Source of the DNA: a virus
Lineage: Duplodnaviria; Caudoviricetes
Length of the DNA stretch: 36,279 nt
Direction: 5' to 3' (one strand)
Virus record (IMG/VR): IMGVR_UViG_3300021411_000015
Span: 1 to 36,279 of that record
The position numbers and the translations under genes are program-made. This document shows positions 35,025-36,279 of this stretch, piece by piece. Below the pieces are notes generated by a model. That model worked only from the letters and a program-made list of their open reading frames with translations, was not told where the DNA came from and searched no databases. The stretch's first letter is position 1, and every line of letters starts with the position of its first letter.

Positions 35025-35750
35025 CTAGAGCCCGACGTGATCGACTGCGTACGTCGCCTGGGCGAGCGTGAACTTCTCCCCGTACTGCGACGTCAACTGG
35101 TCGATCAGACCGGCCCGGGAGAAACCACCCATCTGCAGATACGACTTCGCGGATTCCACTGCCTGCTGATTCCAGTTGACCTTGACATGATCGACCGCGA
35201 AGACCGCGTCCGTTGCGGAGAATCCCTCGCCGTACTTCGAGGTCAGTTGGTTGATCAGGCCGGCGCGTGAAAATCCGCCCATCGACAGGTACGAATTCGC
35301 CGATTCGATGGCCTGCTCTTCGGAAGTTGTCAGCGCTGGCTTCGGCGCGGGCTTCGGCTTGACTACGACATGAGTCGTCGGTGCCGGCGTGGGCGTCGGT
35401 TTGGGTGCGACATGGGTCGGAGCTGGCTTGCGGGTCGGCCGCAGTGTGGCGTGCGTGGCTTTCGGTTTCGCATGCGTCGGCGCGGTCACGAGGCCATCGT
35501 TCGACAGCGGACTGGACGAGCTCGAGGCTGCAGCCTTAGCCGGGGATTTGCTCCCGCCACCCGAGGCGACGGATGCGATCACAATGATCGCGATCAGACC
35601 GAGCAGCGACAGCAACGACCAGCGGACCTTGTGGCCCTGCTTCTTCTGCGGCTGGTTTGGGCCCTGCCAGTTCGGGTCGACGTTCCGGCGATACCACGCC
35701 GGGTAGGCAGGTGACTGATGGTCGGGCATTGGATCGTTTGGGTTGGTCAT
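35025..35750 (-). CDS. Ltp-family surface-exposed protein (superinfection exclusion candidate)
   Basis: TM, Pro/Thr/Lys linker, two repeats QA.ESA.SYL.MGGFSRAGLI.QLTS.YGE.F....A.(F/Y)AVDHV typical of Lipoprotein_Ltp. Confidence 0.85.
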   Translation of the reverse strand: MTNPNDPMPDHQSPAYPAWYRRNVDPNWQGPNQPQKKQGHKVRWSLLSLLGLIAIIVIASVASGGGSKSPAKAAASSSSSPLSNDGLVTAPTHAKPKATHATLRPTRKPAPTHVAPKPTPTPAPTTHVVVKPKPAPKPALTTSEEQAIESANSYLSMGGFSRAGLINQLTSKYGEGFSATDAVFAVDHVKVNWNQQAVESAKSYLQMGGFSRAGLIDQLTSQYGEKFTLAQATYAVDHVGL

Positions 35751-35890
35751 GGTTCCCCCTGAAGTTAGATGCGGTGAGTGTGGGCGTGCTCAGTGCGTTA
35801 CGTGTGCTTGATCTGTTGGGTTGCGCTACTTGCCGTGCTGGTCGGGCTGTTGCTACAGGACGGCTCGGCGTACAGCCGCTAACGACGCGT

Positions 35891-36145
35891 TCACTTCTCG
35901 GCCTGCTCCCCGATCGCGTCGACCTCGGCGACTTCGGACCGCGCCCGGATCTGTATCGAACTCTCGGTCTCCCCGGTCAGTAGGTGCAGCCCGTAGGCGA
36001 GGCCGTCGCACCGGCCCCGCAGCCAGTCCACGACCGCGCCGCTGGACCGGTCGTGGTAGCGGATCGAATTGACCAGCGAGTCCCATAGGGCCCGGCTGAT
36101 CTCCTCGGGGGTCCATGTCGTGGCGATGGGCTGCGGGCCGATCAC
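35891..36145 (-). CDS. Hypothetical protein (84 aa)
   Basis: GTG at 36145 overlaps the TGA of the upstream small gene; good codon usage. Confidence 0.6.
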   Translation of the reverse strand: MIGPQPIATTWTPEEISRALWDSLVNSIRYHDRSSGAVVDWLRGRCDGLAYGLHLLTGETESSIQIRARSEVAEVDAIGEQAEK

Positions 36146-36270
36146 GACCGCACCGCCTTCACGAGCGCGATGGCACCCGCGGCGAGCGCGAGCACGCCGA
36201 GGACGATCAAGGCCCAAAACAGGGCCGGATGCCCGGCGATCCAGGCGTTGCGGTTGATGACGTCGTTCAT
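36142..36270 (-). CDS. Small membrane protein (42 aa)
   Basis: MNDVINRNAWIAGHPALFWALIVLGVLALAAGAIALVKAVRS*; GTGA-coupled to next gene. Confidence 0.6.
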   Translation of the reverse strand: MNDVINRNAWIAGHPALFWALIVLGVLALAAGAIALVKAVRS

Positions 36271-36279
36271 CGGGCCACG

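Larger units (their letters stand above)
1..36279. mobile_element. Siphovirus-like actinobacteriophage/prophage late region plus start of immunity region
   Basis: Canonical order terS-terL-portal-protease-capsid-tail-TMP-minor tail-lysis, tightly coupled genes (ATGA/GTGA overlaps), high GC. XRE repressor and Ltp on the opposite strand at the right end suggest a temperate lifestyle; no integrase or att site seen. Confidence 0.95.

Noticed and set aside
1-36279. CRISPR array, integrase/att site, reverse transcriptase or DGR repeats
   Set aside because: No regularly spaced repeats, recombinase or RT motifs, or TR/VR pair seen by eye.

Overview
High-GC actinobacterial tailed-phage (probably temperate/prophage) segment carrying almost the whole late region. 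In order: end of an HTH gene, small hypothetical genes, a 50-aa ribbon-helix-helix gene (missed by the ORF track) divergent from TerS/TerL, then a head module of the two-capsid-protein type seen in cluster B-like actinobacteriophages (portal fused to a MuF-like domain, protease, hexamer and pentamer capsid proteins). Three glycosyltransferase genes are embedded directly in this head module. Next come tail genes (major tail with FN3-like insert, adaptor, tail chaperone with probable non-canonical -1 frameshift, tape measure with lytic transglycosylase, Dit, Tal), a four-gene lysis block, and a ~6.7 kb cassette of beta-helix/SGNH carbohydrate-active and fibre-like proteins containing a deleted HNH remnant. 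The window ends in an opposite-strand immunity-type region (MerR/Xis-like HTH, XRE repressor, Ltp-type superinfection-exclusion protein). Best candidate for a novel system: a capsid-assembly-coupled virion glycosylation cassette, together with a modular glycan-processing cassette. All product calls are from motif recognition by eye; no searches were run. No integrase, tRNA or CRISPR array was seen.
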